From a virus (lineage: Duplodnaviria > Caudoviricetes): a stretch of DNA of 50,467 bases. Location: the IMG/VR virus record IMGVR_UViG_3300029821_000007, positions 1-50,467 of that record. One strand, written 5' to 3'. Below, piece by piece: positions 35,115-45,353 of this stretch. Numbering within the stretch: the first letter of the stretch is position 1; every line of letters begins with the position of its first letter. Under the pieces are notes generated by a model, which had not been told where the DNA came from, made no database searches, and saw nothing but the letters and a program-made list of their open reading frames with translations. A program made the position numbers and the translations under genes.

Positions 35115-35950
35115 GTTCAGGAACAGTCTGGGGGAGAGGATATTTGATCATAAATATCGTCAGGGAGCAAATGATTCGTGGGCCAACTTGGCGAGACGTA
35201 TCGTAGATGATGTGTGCGGAACTCGTGGTGGAACGTTGCATCCACTTATGAGTAAAGAGGATAGGGAAGATCTAGTACATCTCATCCGCACTTTTAGGTT
35301 TGTTCCTGGCGGAAGATACTTGTATTACGCAGGACGTAAGGCTTCATTCTACAATAACTGCTACCTACTTAGAGCGGAAGAAGACACGAGAGAGGAGTGG
35401 GCGAATCTTGTACAACGTGCTCTGTCTTGTCTATCTACTGGAGGTGGTATTGGTATTGACTACTCTATACTCCGTCCTGAAGGGTATGAGCTAAAGCGTA
35501 CTGGTGGTCGTTCTTCAGGCCCACTACCACTAATGAAGGCAGTGAATGAAATAGGCCGCTGCGTTATGCAGGGTGGTAGCAGGCGGTCAGCTATATATGC
35601 CAGTCTCAATTGGCAGCACGAGGATGTTGATAAATTCCTCCACATGAAAGACTGGGAAACAATGCCCATTGGGGCGCAGAAGTTTTGGGAAGAAGAACGT
35701 CCATACACTTTTCGTGACGCAAAGATGGATGACTTTAACTTCCCATGCCCTATGGATATGACCAACATTAGCGTTAATTACGACAACGCTTTTCTTGCAC
35801 AGCAGGAACTACCAGAGGTATTTATCGAAAATGTGCGACAAGCAATGCGGACGGGCGAACCCGGCTTCAGTTTCAATTTCGGGGACAAAGAAAATGAAAC
35901 TCTTCGGAACGCCTGTACAGAGGTTACGTCTGAAGATGACTCTGACGTGT
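35104..35950 (+). CDS. nrdJ: Class II (B12-dependent) ribonucleotide reductase, exon 1
   Basis: PGGRYLYYAG..NNCYL, GGGIG.DYS, QGGSRRSA, NISV, GEPG, RNACTE; no nrdB small subunit recognisable in the genome. Confidence 0.88.
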
Positions 35951-36709
35951 AAATAAATGCACCCTCTAGGGGGGACCCTAGTTGCAAACTACCTAATATC
36001 GGTGGAAGCTTAATTGTAACACCGAGGCAGCCTATTAAGGAGCCGTAACGACTATGAAGATTAACATGATGCAGTTATCCAAGTTTGTCTCTTGGAGTGT
36101 GGCCGGTGATGGATACGTTGGGCATGGTACTCATAATAAAAACGCCCACTATTCTATAACCAGAAGTCCTGAACATAAAGACTACTTAACCGTAATCGCC
36201 AACAAATTTGTTGGTCTACAGGACTGTAAAGTACGAATCGACGAGTATGTGCGCAGTGATAATGGTAAGACTGTTCTTGATTTAAGAACTACGTCTCATC
36301 CACTATTTAGCCGCATTAGAGATCGTCAATACATCCAAAACCATCGAGTAATTGACCCACATCAGTGCACATTACTGGATTGGGAAGCTGCTGCTTTCTT
36401 ATACATGGATGATGGTTCTCTGTGTTTTAACAATAAAGGAGCTATGATTGTACGCCTATCTACGTGCGCGTATAGTTACGCTGAGCAAGAGTTGCTAAGA
36501 AAAACCTTTATTGAAAAACTTGGAGTTATTTGGAATATTAATAGAAATGGTAATCTCTGGCAATTGAATTTAGCTAAACAGTCCAGAGATCAATGGTTTG
36601 ATAACATTGCGCCATTTATAGTTGATTCGTATAGCTACAAACTGCCTGAATCTTTGCAAAAGGTAGCACCCAGAACGGGTGGTGATCTTGTCTAACCGAC
36701 CAAGCGGTG
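35951..36709 (+). mobile_element. Group I intron in nrdJ
   Basis: P1 GUGU/GCAC with U-G; AUAUCGGUGGAA, AACACCGAGG, GUAACGACUA; P3 CUACCU/AGGUAG; P8 CACCC/GGGUG; ends in G. Splicing restores DSDV-C-NLGSIN (560 aa). Confidence 0.9.
36054..36695 (+). CDS. Intron-encoded LAGLIDADG homing endonuclease (two-motif type)
   Basis: SWSVAGDGYV and AAFLYMDDGSL motifs; T.SHP.F motif. Confidence 0.85.
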   Translation: MKINMMQLSKFVSWSVAGDGYVGHGTHNKNAHYSITRSPEHKDYLTVIANKFVGLQDCKVRIDEYVRSDNGKTVLDLRTTSHPLFSRIRDRQYIQNHRVIDPHQCTLLDWEAAAFLYMDDGSLCFNNKGAMIVRLSTCAYSYAEQELLRKTFIEKLGVIWNINRNGNLWQLNLAKQSRDQWFDNIAPFIVDSYSYKLPESLQKVAPRTGGDLV

Positions 36710-37545
36710 GTAATCTTGGTTCAATCAATATGGGAGCTATCAGCAGTTTGGACGAGTTTACGTTCACTATCGAACTCGCCTCTAAGTTCCTTGTTTGCGG
36801 TACGCTTAGATCCGAACTCCCATACGAGAAGGTTTATCAAGTTCGAGAGAAAAATAGACGACTCGGGTTGGGACTTATGGGCATCCACGAATGGCTTCTC
36901 AAGCGTGGGTACAGGTACGAGGTCGTGCCGGAGTTGCACGCATGGTTGCGCGAATACGCAACAGAGTCAGAAAAAGCAGCCAACGAACACTGTGACCGAC
37001 TCTACATCAGCAGGCCAGTAGCGTATCGTGCTGTTGCACCTACAGGCACTATTGGTAATCTAGCTGGTACAACTACAGGTATAGAGCCAATCTACGCCGT
37101 AGCGTATAAGCGACGATATTTGAAAGATGCCGGTAAGTGGCACTACCAATACATGGTTGATAGTACAGCAGAACTGCTCATCAAAGAATATGGGCTAGAT
37201 CCAGATAAAATAGAAACAGCAACAGACTTGGCCAATGATTATGAAAGACGTATCGCATTCCAAGCAGATATTCAAGATTACGTTGACATGTCAATATCAT
37301 CCACGATCAACCTACCACAATGGGGGTCACGAGGAAATAACGAAGGACTTGTCAAAGCATTTGCTGAAACACTTAGAGCATATGCTCCAAGACTCCGAGG
37401 TTTTACTTGTTACCCAGATGGAAGTCGTGGAGGACAGCCCATAACTTCTATGCCCTATGAGGAAGCAATCAAGCATAAGGGTGTGGAATTCGTAGAGAAT
37501 GATATCTGTGAAATTTCCGGAAAAGGAGGCTCGTGCGGTGTTTAA
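36710..37545 (+). CDS. nrdJ: Class II ribonucleotide reductase, exon 2
   Basis: NLGSIN, RRLGLGLMG, APTGTI, TTGIEP, VDMSISSTINLP, GFTCYPDGSRGGQP; C-terminal CEISGKGGSCG. Confidence 0.9.
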
Positions 37546-38131
37546 GGCTATTGTTTTGGGGCTGGCTATGTTGTTGGCCCCATTCCAAGCCCCGCAGGCT
37601 TGGTACGACTATTCGTATAAACCCATAAAGGTTGGTATTTGTGTTTGTACTGAGGAAGAAGAAATGTCGATAAACAAAGAGCAACTAAAAGAATCTGTGG
37701 TTGTTCCTGTACTGAAAGTGTTGGAGTTGTACTCAGAAGCCGCTGTAGATCTTCTTATGGGTACAGCAGCAGTTGAAAGCAATCTTGGTGAATACATAAC
37801 CCAGGTAGGTGGTCCAGCTAAAGGTATATTCCAGATGGAGCCATCAACACATGACGATATTGTTCGTCACTACTTGTACTACAAGCCAGATCTAGTAGCT
37901 AAGATAAAGGAAGCTACGGGTGTTGATAAGTTGGATAGTAGGCACTTGGTTGGTAACATGTATTACGCAGCAGCGTTTGCTCGTATACACTACCTACGTG
38001 TTCCAGAGAAGTTGCCGTCAGCCGAAGATGTGGTAGCTCTTGCTTCCTACTGGAAACAATACTATAACACTAAGTATGGCAAGGGAACTGTTGAGAAATT
38101 TGTTGACAAATATGAGAGGTATGTAGCATGA
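37538..38131 (+). CDS. Putative endolysin (lysozyme-like fold); alternative start at 37664
   Basis: LLMGTAAVES..Q.GGPAKGIFQMEP.TH..ARIHY..YWKQYYNT; adjacent to a holin-like gene. Confidence 0.75.
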   Translation: MFKAIVLGLAMLLAPFQAPQAWYDYSYKPIKVGICVCTEEEEMSINKEQLKESVVVPVLKVLELYSEAAVDLLMGTAAVESNLGEYITQVGGPAKGIFQMEPSTHDDIVRHYLYYKPDLVAKIKEATGVDKLDSRHLVGNMYYAAAFARIHYLRVPEKLPSAEDVVALASYWKQYYNTKYGKGTVEKFVDKYERYVA

Positions 38132-38559
38132 GTGATCCTATCACTGCTGGACTACTCCTTGGGTCAAAACTTATGGATTTGATTGATAAGGGAGTGGAGG
38201 ATAAAGATAAGAAGAACGAACTAAACAAGGAGGTTATGGGAGCAGTTCTGGATTGGCAGAAGACAGTGTTGACTACTAAGACTACCCCAAAGGTAGATGC
38301 CTTTGTTAAGGTGCTGTATGCATTTAGGGATGTAGTTATTCCAATACTGCGTCCATTCGGTGCTGCCATCATAACTGGTATAGGTTTGTACTTCCATTAT
38401 AAAGGTGTACAAATAGATCCCACAATTCACGGAATTATTGATGGGACTTTCCCTGGATGGATGGCTAGTAGGCACGTAGATAAGGGTAAACAGAGAGATA
38501 TTGAAAAAGAAAAGGCAAAGCGTAACTCTGGTGACTTCATACTAGATTACAACAGCTAA
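38128..38559 (+). CDS. Holin-like membrane protein (resembles the 3TM GTA-holin family)
   Basis: LIDK...DK..RP..hydrophobic segments..R..DK pattern; follows the endolysin. Confidence 0.6.
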   Translation: MSDPITAGLLLGSKLMDLIDKGVEDKDKKNELNKEVMGAVLDWQKTVLTTKTTPKVDAFVKVLYAFRDVVIPILRPFGAAIITGIGLYFHYKGVQIDPTIHGIIDGTFPGWMASRHVDKGKQRDIEKEKAKRNSGDFILDYNS

Positions 38560-38566
38560 AAACAAC

Positions 38567-38605
38567 AAAGCCCCGACCAGAGAAATCTAGCCGGGGCTTT
38601 TTATT
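38567..38605. terminator. Bidirectional Rho-independent terminator where the two arms converge
   Basis: AAAGCCCCG...CGGGGCTTT with a T run after and an A-rich run before. Confidence 0.88.
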
Positions 38606-38607
38606 GC

Positions 38608-38763
38608 CTATCGTTTTGGTCCGTACCTCAGTCTGTCATATATCAGGAACCCTAACCATATTACAGAAAATAAAGAGGCTAACGCTGGTAACCACCCAGC
38701 TATCGTTGAGATGGCTACACCAACAGCAGACCAATCTATGACGAGTTTAACCTTCTCAAACAT
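38608..38763 (-). CDS. Small 2-TM holin-like protein (51 aa; not in ORF track)
   Basis: MFEKVKLVIDWSAVGVAISTIAGWLPALASLFSVIWLGFLIYDRLRYGPKR; basic C-terminus; last gene of the late operon. Confidence 0.65.
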   Translation of the reverse strand: MFEKVKLVIDWSAVGVAISTIAGWLPALASLFSVIWLGFLIYDRLRYGPKR

Positions 38764-38764
38764 A

Positions 38765-41700
38765 TTACTCACCCTGTTCATCTAGAGATTGGAGAATCGG
38801 CTGCTGAAGAATTTGCTGGGACATGTTACGCTTCATCATGGTTCTATCAAGAAGAGTAGTGTTCCACAACAGAATCTGAGATTTAACCCTATTCTGTATA
38901 GTAGTTGGATGCACCCCATGTTCAATTAACTTGTTAAAGGCAAATTCCGGCACTGGTAAATCATTAGTAACTGAGTATGCTATCAGATTGATAAGCGTTT
39001 CATCAGTTGCCGAAGCTTCTCGCTGTATACGAGTCATCTCATAGAATGCTCGTAGTTGTCTAGATTCCTCAAGAGATCTGCCACCAAGCATTCTGGCATA
39101 CCAATCATGCAATGATCTCTCCACTGTTCCCCTGTCTCTATGAGCAGGATCTGGTACAGGAACATCAATGATTTTGCCAAATTTCTTGTTGGTGTAGTAT
39201 GCTTCTACCAAACCCTTTAAAGAAGCAGGAGAAGCATTCATCCAGAACTCTTGATAGTCAGAAGGAGTTGCAGTTCCATTAGCACTCTTCACTAACAATT
39301 TGGTAGCAGAACTACCTATGTCATACGCGAACTCCAATCCAGGAGCCCTGAAGAACGGCTCTGATACAATACCAGGAGCATTCATTGTGGATGACATATC
39401 AACATTGATTCCAACTGAAGGAGCACCAAAATGTATTACATCAGGCATACCTGTGGTGATTGCTAACTCTTCAAGCGTAGGCCAACTAGTACCAAGATTG
39501 GTGTTTGCCATACTAACCAGTGCATTGTATTCACCAGCACCAATTACGCCAGTCAAACCAGCAGTCATAAGAGTACCTAGTGTGAGAGTAAGGAGAGGAC
39601 GAAAATCCCCCGTTCCCTTTGCTAACTTGGCGTACTCTATGTATTGAGCCAAAGCATTGAATTTAAATGTCTGGAACAATCCAAAAGGCTTACCAAGAAC
39701 ACCAAGCCCACCCTCAGTAAATATCATTGGGCGTTCTTGATTGTTGTACTCTACCATAGTCCTATCAGTCAGGTATGCGGCTGTTTTAACAGACTCTGCA
39801 TGGCTAGCGCCAGCAGATCTCAGATAGTTGTAGAACGTCAGGTTCGCAAAGTGACGAGACGCCTCCTCAAACAGAGCCGCTGGCTTCTCCAAAGTCAGCC
39901 ACTCCTTAGCCAACTCCCCAGCCTCTCGGCCAGTTATCCTAGTCTTAGTGGCCCCTCGAAGAACATCACCCTCAAGTCCCTCAGCAACATACTTAGGTGC
40001 TATAGTTCCTGTACGCACGGCATACCTTGTAGCATCCATAGACTCCTTATTTGGTATGAAGAAATCAAGGAACGCTTTCCCCATAGCTTTAGTTACTGAT
40101 CCCTTATACCCATCATGGGAAAGAGCCATTAACTTAGGGGGAACAGATACCATAGGCTGCCATGCCTGACTCATGAAGAATGTAAACCGGAACAACTTAA
40201 ACACTAGCGTTGCGTGGTTGATGTTACCGAAGGTTCGGCTAAGTCCGTGGGCTCCGATATACTCCTTCAATCCCTTTGATAGTGCTTTAGTAACAATGCT
40301 ATTCTGTCCAAACGCATTATTTTTGTATCGTTGCAGGTAACTCATTGTGTTGGGATACCTAGACACAATAGTTCCATCGGAGAAGACTGGATTCATAATG
40401 GCATCAGTTTGCTGCCTAGTAACCCAGTTTATACCACCTTTAACGAACAGCTCAATAGACTTTTCAAAGTTCTTTACACCAGTAATTCCTGCCTCGCTAC
40501 CAGTCCATCCCTCAACCCACTGGCGCTTAGTGCCATGTTTCATAAAGCCCTTTTCAGCCAGGACGGCCTTATAGGTCTTAGACACAGCCTCGGCTAGAGG
40601 GTGCTTATTACCAAGATACAGCATAGCTTCAGCGAACAGAGTAACAGACGGGTCTGATTTGTCGTAAAAACCCACATCCCTAGGCTCCTGTACCTCAAGC
40701 TCAGGGTGCTGTTTCTTGATCTTCTTCGCTATAAACTTAGCTCCAATCTTAGTGTCTGCGGGCACAGCCATAACTAGCTTACCCTTAGAGTCCTTCACGT
40801 ACACACGGAAGTCACCAAGGAACTGGTGGGGCAACCAGTTAGGAAGTTTTTTGACTTGCTTCAGGTCTGGGCGGTATGTAGCTATTGTGTCATTAACTAG
40901 ATCCAGAACACGATCATTCATGGTTCTGATAGCACGATAGGCTTTAATCTCTTCAGGAGACAACTTGTGTCTACGCGCCAACTCAGCGTCAGATGTAGAC
41001 ACACCCTTCTGCCCAGCAATCTCATCCTTAATCATTGCATCTAGAACACGCCTCTGCTGCTTCCTAAACATCCCATTCCATACAGTAAGACCACCAACTT
41101 CTGTTGGCACCATTTTAGCACCACGCATCGTGGTTATACCAAGGGTGCTAGTCATACGAGGTGCATACAGGAATTCCTGTACCATATTCTCTGTACGAAT
41201 ACGATGCTGATACAACGTGTCAACACCCCAACGTATCAGAGTATTATCCATCATGAACTTTCCTGGTTTAACAGATCCAACACCAAGTTCTGTAAACCCA
41301 CCTATATCTTTCTCAGTCCTGAGTTTCTTGAATATAGGTTCCCCAGCGTCGTCAACACCAGTTTGAACTTTCTTGATGATACGATCCTTCAAACTCCCAT
41401 GATCCATTATGATTGCACCAGGATTCTTAGATTCTTTTCTAAGATTGGCAGCAATATCTATCTGGTTTGGTAGTGTGTACTCAGGAGCCAGCTTAGGTAG
41501 AACTTTGTACAATTCATACCTAGGGTCTGTTCCATTCTCATTAGCAAGACGCTGCGCATACGCAAGGGTTGTTTGTATTTGGGACTCTATTGCCTTTACA
41601 GCCTTGAACTCCCTGTATTGAGTAATTGTGGTGTTCAGTCGCTGTCTAACATCATCCCTCATAACCCGCAGAGTGTCCTTCAACTCCGCCGACTTCTCTG

Positions 41701-42646
41701 ACCGTAGTTTAGTCCTAATCTCAGATAAGTTCGTATTGAGATCTGTTATTTTTGCAAACAACTCTTTGCCCACGGAATCTGATACAGGTGTGTAAGATTC
41801 CACAGGCTCCTTCACAGGAGATATTTCTTTGAAACTTTCCTTTGGCTGGTAGTGGGCCGGGGCCTTCCAGGCACCAGGAACCATCAACGTACCTAGAGTA
41901 GCAGCACCTGCCGCTATATCCTCAGTAGAACCACCCTCAGCAGCAGTTAAACCTCCACCCAACGCAGAGGCTGCTCCTATACGAGCCATACCTGAGAGGG
42001 GCTCCAGTGCCTTGAACATCTTACCAGTTAAGGCACCCTTAATACCTTCCTCCACGATTACATCAGTAGGCTGATCGGCAACAGAGATCATACTTACAGC
42101 AGTAAAGCCACCAACTGTTCCAAGGGCTTTAATAGCCGGTACATACTTCACTAATTCCGCCGGGGCAGAAGCCAGACCAGCTATGATTTTTGTTCCTAGA
42201 TCCTTCGGAGCATTCTCCTTTTCCCATTCAGCTGGCATAACTACTTCTGCGCGAGCCCGCATCCAATCAGCCAGCGGTCCAAGACCTATACTGCGTGACT
42301 CACGCTTGATAGCATCCTGTACAGATTCTCCTTCCTTAATGTCTTCTGGTACATAACCAGTCTTTTCTGACAACCAATTAGACAAACGTTCTATACCACC
42401 AGGAATATTGGCCATGTATAGATAGAGATTCTTTGCTCCCTCAGCAAATCCCCATTCTGCTGCCTTAGCACTCATGGCAAAGGAATCAACTATGTTGTCT
42501 ATGGTTGACCCATCTTGTGTTTGTTCTACTTCAGGCGAGCCAGTACCACCAGTTGCATATTTAGCAAACGGGTTTTGTTCTTCAGCATTCTCAATAGACG
42601 GAGTTGCGTCTATAGCATGGTACTTGGCAAACGGATTGTCTTCCAT
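38765..42646 (-). CDS. Large internal virion / DNA ejection protein
   Basis: 1293 aa; repeated NPFAKY at the N-terminus; terminal position in a podovirus structural module. Confidence 0.7.
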   Translation of the reverse strand: MEDNPFAKYHAIDATPSIENAEEQNPFAKYATGGTGSPEVEQTQDGSTIDNIVDSFAMSAKAAEWGFAEGAKNLYLYMANIPGGIERLSNWLSEKTGYVPEDIKEGESVQDAIKRESRSIGLGPLADWMRARAEVVMPAEWEKENAPKDLGTKIIAGLASAPAELVKYVPAIKALGTVGGFTAVSMISVADQPTDVIVEEGIKGALTGKMFKALEPLSGMARIGAASALGGGLTAAEGGSTEDIAAGAATLGTLMVPGAWKAPAHYQPKESFKEISPVKEPVESYTPVSDSVGKELFAKITDLNTNLSEIRTKLRSEKSAELKDTLRVMRDDVRQRLNTTITQYREFKAVKAIESQIQTTLAYAQRLANENGTDPRYELYKVLPKLAPEYTLPNQIDIAANLRKESKNPGAIIMDHGSLKDRIIKKVQTGVDDAGEPIFKKLRTEKDIGGFTELGVGSVKPGKFMMDNTLIRWGVDTLYQHRIRTENMVQEFLYAPRMTSTLGITTMRGAKMVPTEVGGLTVWNGMFRKQQRRVLDAMIKDEIAGQKGVSTSDAELARRHKLSPEEIKAYRAIRTMNDRVLDLVNDTIATYRPDLKQVKKLPNWLPHQFLGDFRVYVKDSKGKLVMAVPADTKIGAKFIAKKIKKQHPELEVQEPRDVGFYDKSDPSVTLFAEAMLYLGNKHPLAEAVSKTYKAVLAEKGFMKHGTKRQWVEGWTGSEAGITGVKNFEKSIELFVKGGINWVTRQQTDAIMNPVFSDGTIVSRYPNTMSYLQRYKNNAFGQNSIVTKALSKGLKEYIGAHGLSRTFGNINHATLVFKLFRFTFFMSQAWQPMVSVPPKLMALSHDGYKGSVTKAMGKAFLDFFIPNKESMDATRYAVRTGTIAPKYVAEGLEGDVLRGATKTRITGREAGELAKEWLTLEKPAALFEEASRHFANLTFYNYLRSAGASHAESVKTAAYLTDRTMVEYNNQERPMIFTEGGLGVLGKPFGLFQTFKFNALAQYIEYAKLAKGTGDFRPLLTLTLGTLMTAGLTGVIGAGEYNALVSMANTNLGTSWPTLEELAITTGMPDVIHFGAPSVGINVDMSSTMNAPGIVSEPFFRAPGLEFAYDIGSSATKLLVKSANGTATPSDYQEFWMNASPASLKGLVEAYYTNKKFGKIIDVPVPDPAHRDRGTVERSLHDWYARMLGGRSLEESRQLRAFYEMTRIQREASATDETLINLIAYSVTNDLPVPEFAFNKLIEHGVHPTTIQNRVKSQILLWNTTLLDRTMMKRNMSQQILQQPILQSLDEQGE

Positions 42647-42648
42647 TA

Positions 42649-43608
42649 TTACTCACCTACATTAGAGAGAACCAGCTCCTTAGATATACCAAACTTCAAT
42701 GCATCTTTAACTATTCCCTCAGCAGCATTAGGATTGGCTGCAAGAGCCTCTCTTGCCTGCCGAAGCCTAGTAACCTGAGTTGGGGATAAAGATTTATATG
42801 TGAACAGCAAATCCATCTGGCTTGAAGCAGCACCAACTGCCTGCATGAACGGAGCGGTATCACCTTTCATCAGAGCCTGGAATGCCTGCATATTCCCCAT
42901 AGCAGCCTGCATAGCAATACTCAAGCGGGTATCCTTGGTCGCTGAGTCAGCTAATGCGTCCTGGTCAGGAGTTAGTTGGAAAGGCACCTGCCCACCAGCA
43001 GCAGCTGCCTGTTGATTAGCTATACGCATAGCAAGAGCCTGGGCCTTTAGCTGGTCAGTTGATAGCTTACTAGTACGCTGCTTATATGACTCTATAGCAA
43101 GATCTGCCTCTATCTTCATATTGGCCAATTCCTTGGCTCGTACATGAGGGAGGTTATCACGAGCAGTCTCAGCAACGTACTTAATGTTCGACTTAGTTCG
43201 TGCGTCCAATGTAGGACCAAGACCAAACTCTTGTGGATTAAAGCCCTCACCATATCGTTCAGCCATAGCCCCAAGAGCAGCATCATACTGCTCCTGGTTC
43301 TTAACATTTCCGAGTAGCACCGCCAAATCAGTAAGTTCACTATCCTTCATGGATACAGCTGTATCTCGAATCTTCTTTTGAGTTTCAGCAATAGCTGCCT
43401 GTTCAGCAAGAGGAAGATTACGAAGCTGCATCTTGCTAGTCTCTTCGGCGAGCTTAGTGGCCGCCCTATCTGCTGGAGCCTGTTCCTCAGCCTTCTCAAC
43501 AGCACGCGACTTCTCACGGAGCATGAGCATTTTCTCAAGACGAGCCATCTCCCTGTCCTGAGTAGTAGGAGTGTTTATGATTTTATCAAATTGAGACGGC
43601 ATAATCAT
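42649..43608 (-). CDS. Putative internal virion protein
   Basis: Ala/Gln-rich helical protein between the ejection genes. Confidence 0.6.
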   Translation of the reverse strand: MIMPSQFDKIINTPTTQDREMARLEKMLMLREKSRAVEKAEEQAPADRAATKLAEETSKMQLRNLPLAEQAAIAETQKKIRDTAVSMKDSELTDLAVLLGNVKNQEQYDAALGAMAERYGEGFNPQEFGLGPTLDARTKSNIKYVAETARDNLPHVRAKELANMKIEADLAIESYKQRTSKLSTDQLKAQALAMRIANQQAAAAGGQVPFQLTPDQDALADSATKDTRLSIAMQAAMGNMQAFQALMKGDTAPFMQAVGAASSQMDLLFTYKSLSPTQVTRLRQAREALAANPNAAEGIVKDALKFGISKELVLSNVGE

Positions 43609-44519
43609 TACTCCATGTAGTACTTATACAGCTGACCAAGATCCGTGTACATACTCTGACGACCAGCAGCCATCTGGGAATATGCGTTGGAGGCTTCCGC
43701 AGGACTACCAGAATTAGCACCAGACAACTGCATTAGGCGATTAACTTCTTCGTTATACATCTGGCTAGCTAGTCCCTGTCCGTAATCAGCAAGAGCAACA
43801 TCAATGTTACCAGAACCAGAGTATCCTGCGCGAGCAGAGTTGCGCTTAATAGCCTCTACACCCTGATTGTAGCGGAACTTATACGCCTCAGTCTGAGTTA
43901 TACTATTGGGGTTAGCCATAAGTTGCTGAAGTTGCGTCTGGTAACCAGCACGCTGGCCTGCAAACGGATCAGCAGCCTCAGCGGCCTTCTGCATCTGTTC
44001 CTGGTAATCAAGTTGACCAGCTACATTAAGACCAGTCTGAACAAGAGGAGCGTATTTCTTAGCCATCTCAGAACCAGCAAGAGACGTGGTACCAGCCTGT
44101 GTAGCAGCACCATATCCTCCGCCTACAGCAGAGGCGGCCTTAGTACCAATACTAGCATCGCTAGGAGAACTAGCCCAACCAGCGTAAGCACCTTTACCAA
44201 AATTAGCAATAGTGTTAGCAGCACTACCAGTCAGATAACCGGCTGCTCCACCAGCTGCCCCACGAGCTAGCCAACCAGTTCCACCATTACCTGCGGCAAT
44301 GCCAGCCTGGGCACCAGCATTAGCCCACGCCGGGTTACCAGTCATACCACCAAGATAACCACCAACTCCACCAGCAGTGGCCCTACCAAGCCACCCGGAG
44401 CCACCTATCCTACCAGAACCAACACCAGCTCCCATGGCAGCACCAACCATAGCTGCGCCCATCGGACCCCCAAACATGAAGCCAATCGCTGGAGCTACTG
44501 ATTTAACTAAATCACCCAT
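43608..44519 (-). CDS. Putative DNA transfer/ejection protein (Gly/Ala-rich)
   Basis: Gly-rich N-terminus; YKFRYNQG..A..G..GSGN...YGQGLASQ.Y motif of P22-like ejection proteins. Confidence 0.7.
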   Translation of the reverse strand: MGDLVKSVAPAIGFMFGGPMGAAMVGAAMGAGVGSGRIGGSGWLGRATAGGVGGYLGGMTGNPAWANAGAQAGIAAGNGGTGWLARGAAGGAAGYLTGSAANTIANFGKGAYAGWASSPSDASIGTKAASAVGGGYGAATQAGTTSLAGSEMAKKYAPLVQTGLNVAGQLDYQEQMQKAAEAADPFAGQRAGYQTQLQQLMANPNSITQTEAYKFRYNQGVEAIKRNSARAGYSGSGNIDVALADYGQGLASQMYNEEVNRLMQLSGANSGSPAEASNAYSQMAAGRQSMYTDLGQLYKYYME

Positions 44520-44529
44520 TTGTGATCTC

Positions 44530-44952
44530 CTATACGTTTAGAGCGTATATATACTCATTCTTTTTCTCACCCTCTTTGGTGGTATATGATTCTATCATTG
44601 TTCCTTCGTGTGAAAAGCCAAGCTTGAGTAGAATAGAACCAAAGCGTTCATCATGAAATCTAGCCTCATATCGATCATAAGGAAGATCATACAAAGCTTC
44701 TTTGAACTCTTTGCAAGCTCGAACAAAAGTACGGAAGGAACTATATTTTGTAGCTATGTGTAAATTAGCACGATACTTAGTAGACCTAGTTACTACCATT
44801 ATAGCCTGATTCTCAACAGACTTGATTACGTGTAGTGTCCCAATTTGTTCATTGTAGTGTACATACGCCATTATAGCTTCAGGAGATAAATCCGGCTCCT
44901 GCATAACTTCAGGTGTTAGAGCATCGAGAATTAACTCATCTACCCAATACAT
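44530..44952 (-). CDS. Putative GNAT-like virion assembly protein
   Basis: KLGFSHEG...Y C-terminal GNAT-like motif; syntenic position. Confidence 0.55.
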   Translation of the reverse strand: MYWVDELILDALTPEVMQEPDLSPEAIMAYVHYNEQIGTLHVIKSVENQAIMVVTRSTKYRANLHIATKYSSFRTFVRACKEFKEALYDLPYDRYEARFHDERFGSILLKLGFSHEGTMIESYTTKEGEKKNEYIYALNV

Positions 44953-45353
44953 TATGGCTTACTCGTTCCCAAGTCCGACGTATTCAGAGCACCAGTATTA
45001 TCAACAGTAACTAACCAATAATGCCCATCAGGTGATTTAAGAACAACCCCTTTAGCACTATCATCAACTACCAAATAATCTGTGGTGTCGACACCACGAG
45101 TAGCACGAGTTGCTGTTGCTTCGGTGTGTTGGGTACTAGTTAAGTGGTAATACTCACCACTAGCGCCACCCTGTATAGTCTGCAAGGTATTGTGCAGTCT
45201 TGTTACAAGATCTGTTAGGTTGGAGCCTGTGAAGTCTATATTGGCCCATGCAACACTAGATAATTCGTTTACTCGTACTGTGACTAGCCTAAACCACTCA
45301 AGCCACCTAAAACTTCCCATCTCATCAATAAGCGGTGGAGGTGAAAGTGCCAT
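44952..45353 (-). CDS. Hypothetical tail-module protein
   Basis: LSPPP..WLEWF; HNTLQTIQGG..EYYHLT; VLKSPDGHYW.VTVDNTG.L. Confidence 0.6.
   Translation of the reverse strand: MALSPPPLIDEMGSFRWLEWFRLVTVRVNELSSVAWANIDFTGSNLTDLVTRLHNTLQTIQGGASGEYYHLTSTQHTEATATRATRGVDTTDYLVVDDSAKGVVLKSPDGHYWLVTVDNTGALNTSDLGTSKP

Noticed and set aside
7301-36709. Split terL, polA and nrdJ as pseudogenes, inteins or stop-codon recoding
   Set aside because: Each break has a group I core, precise removal restores frame and catalytic motif, and other genes read normally in code 11.
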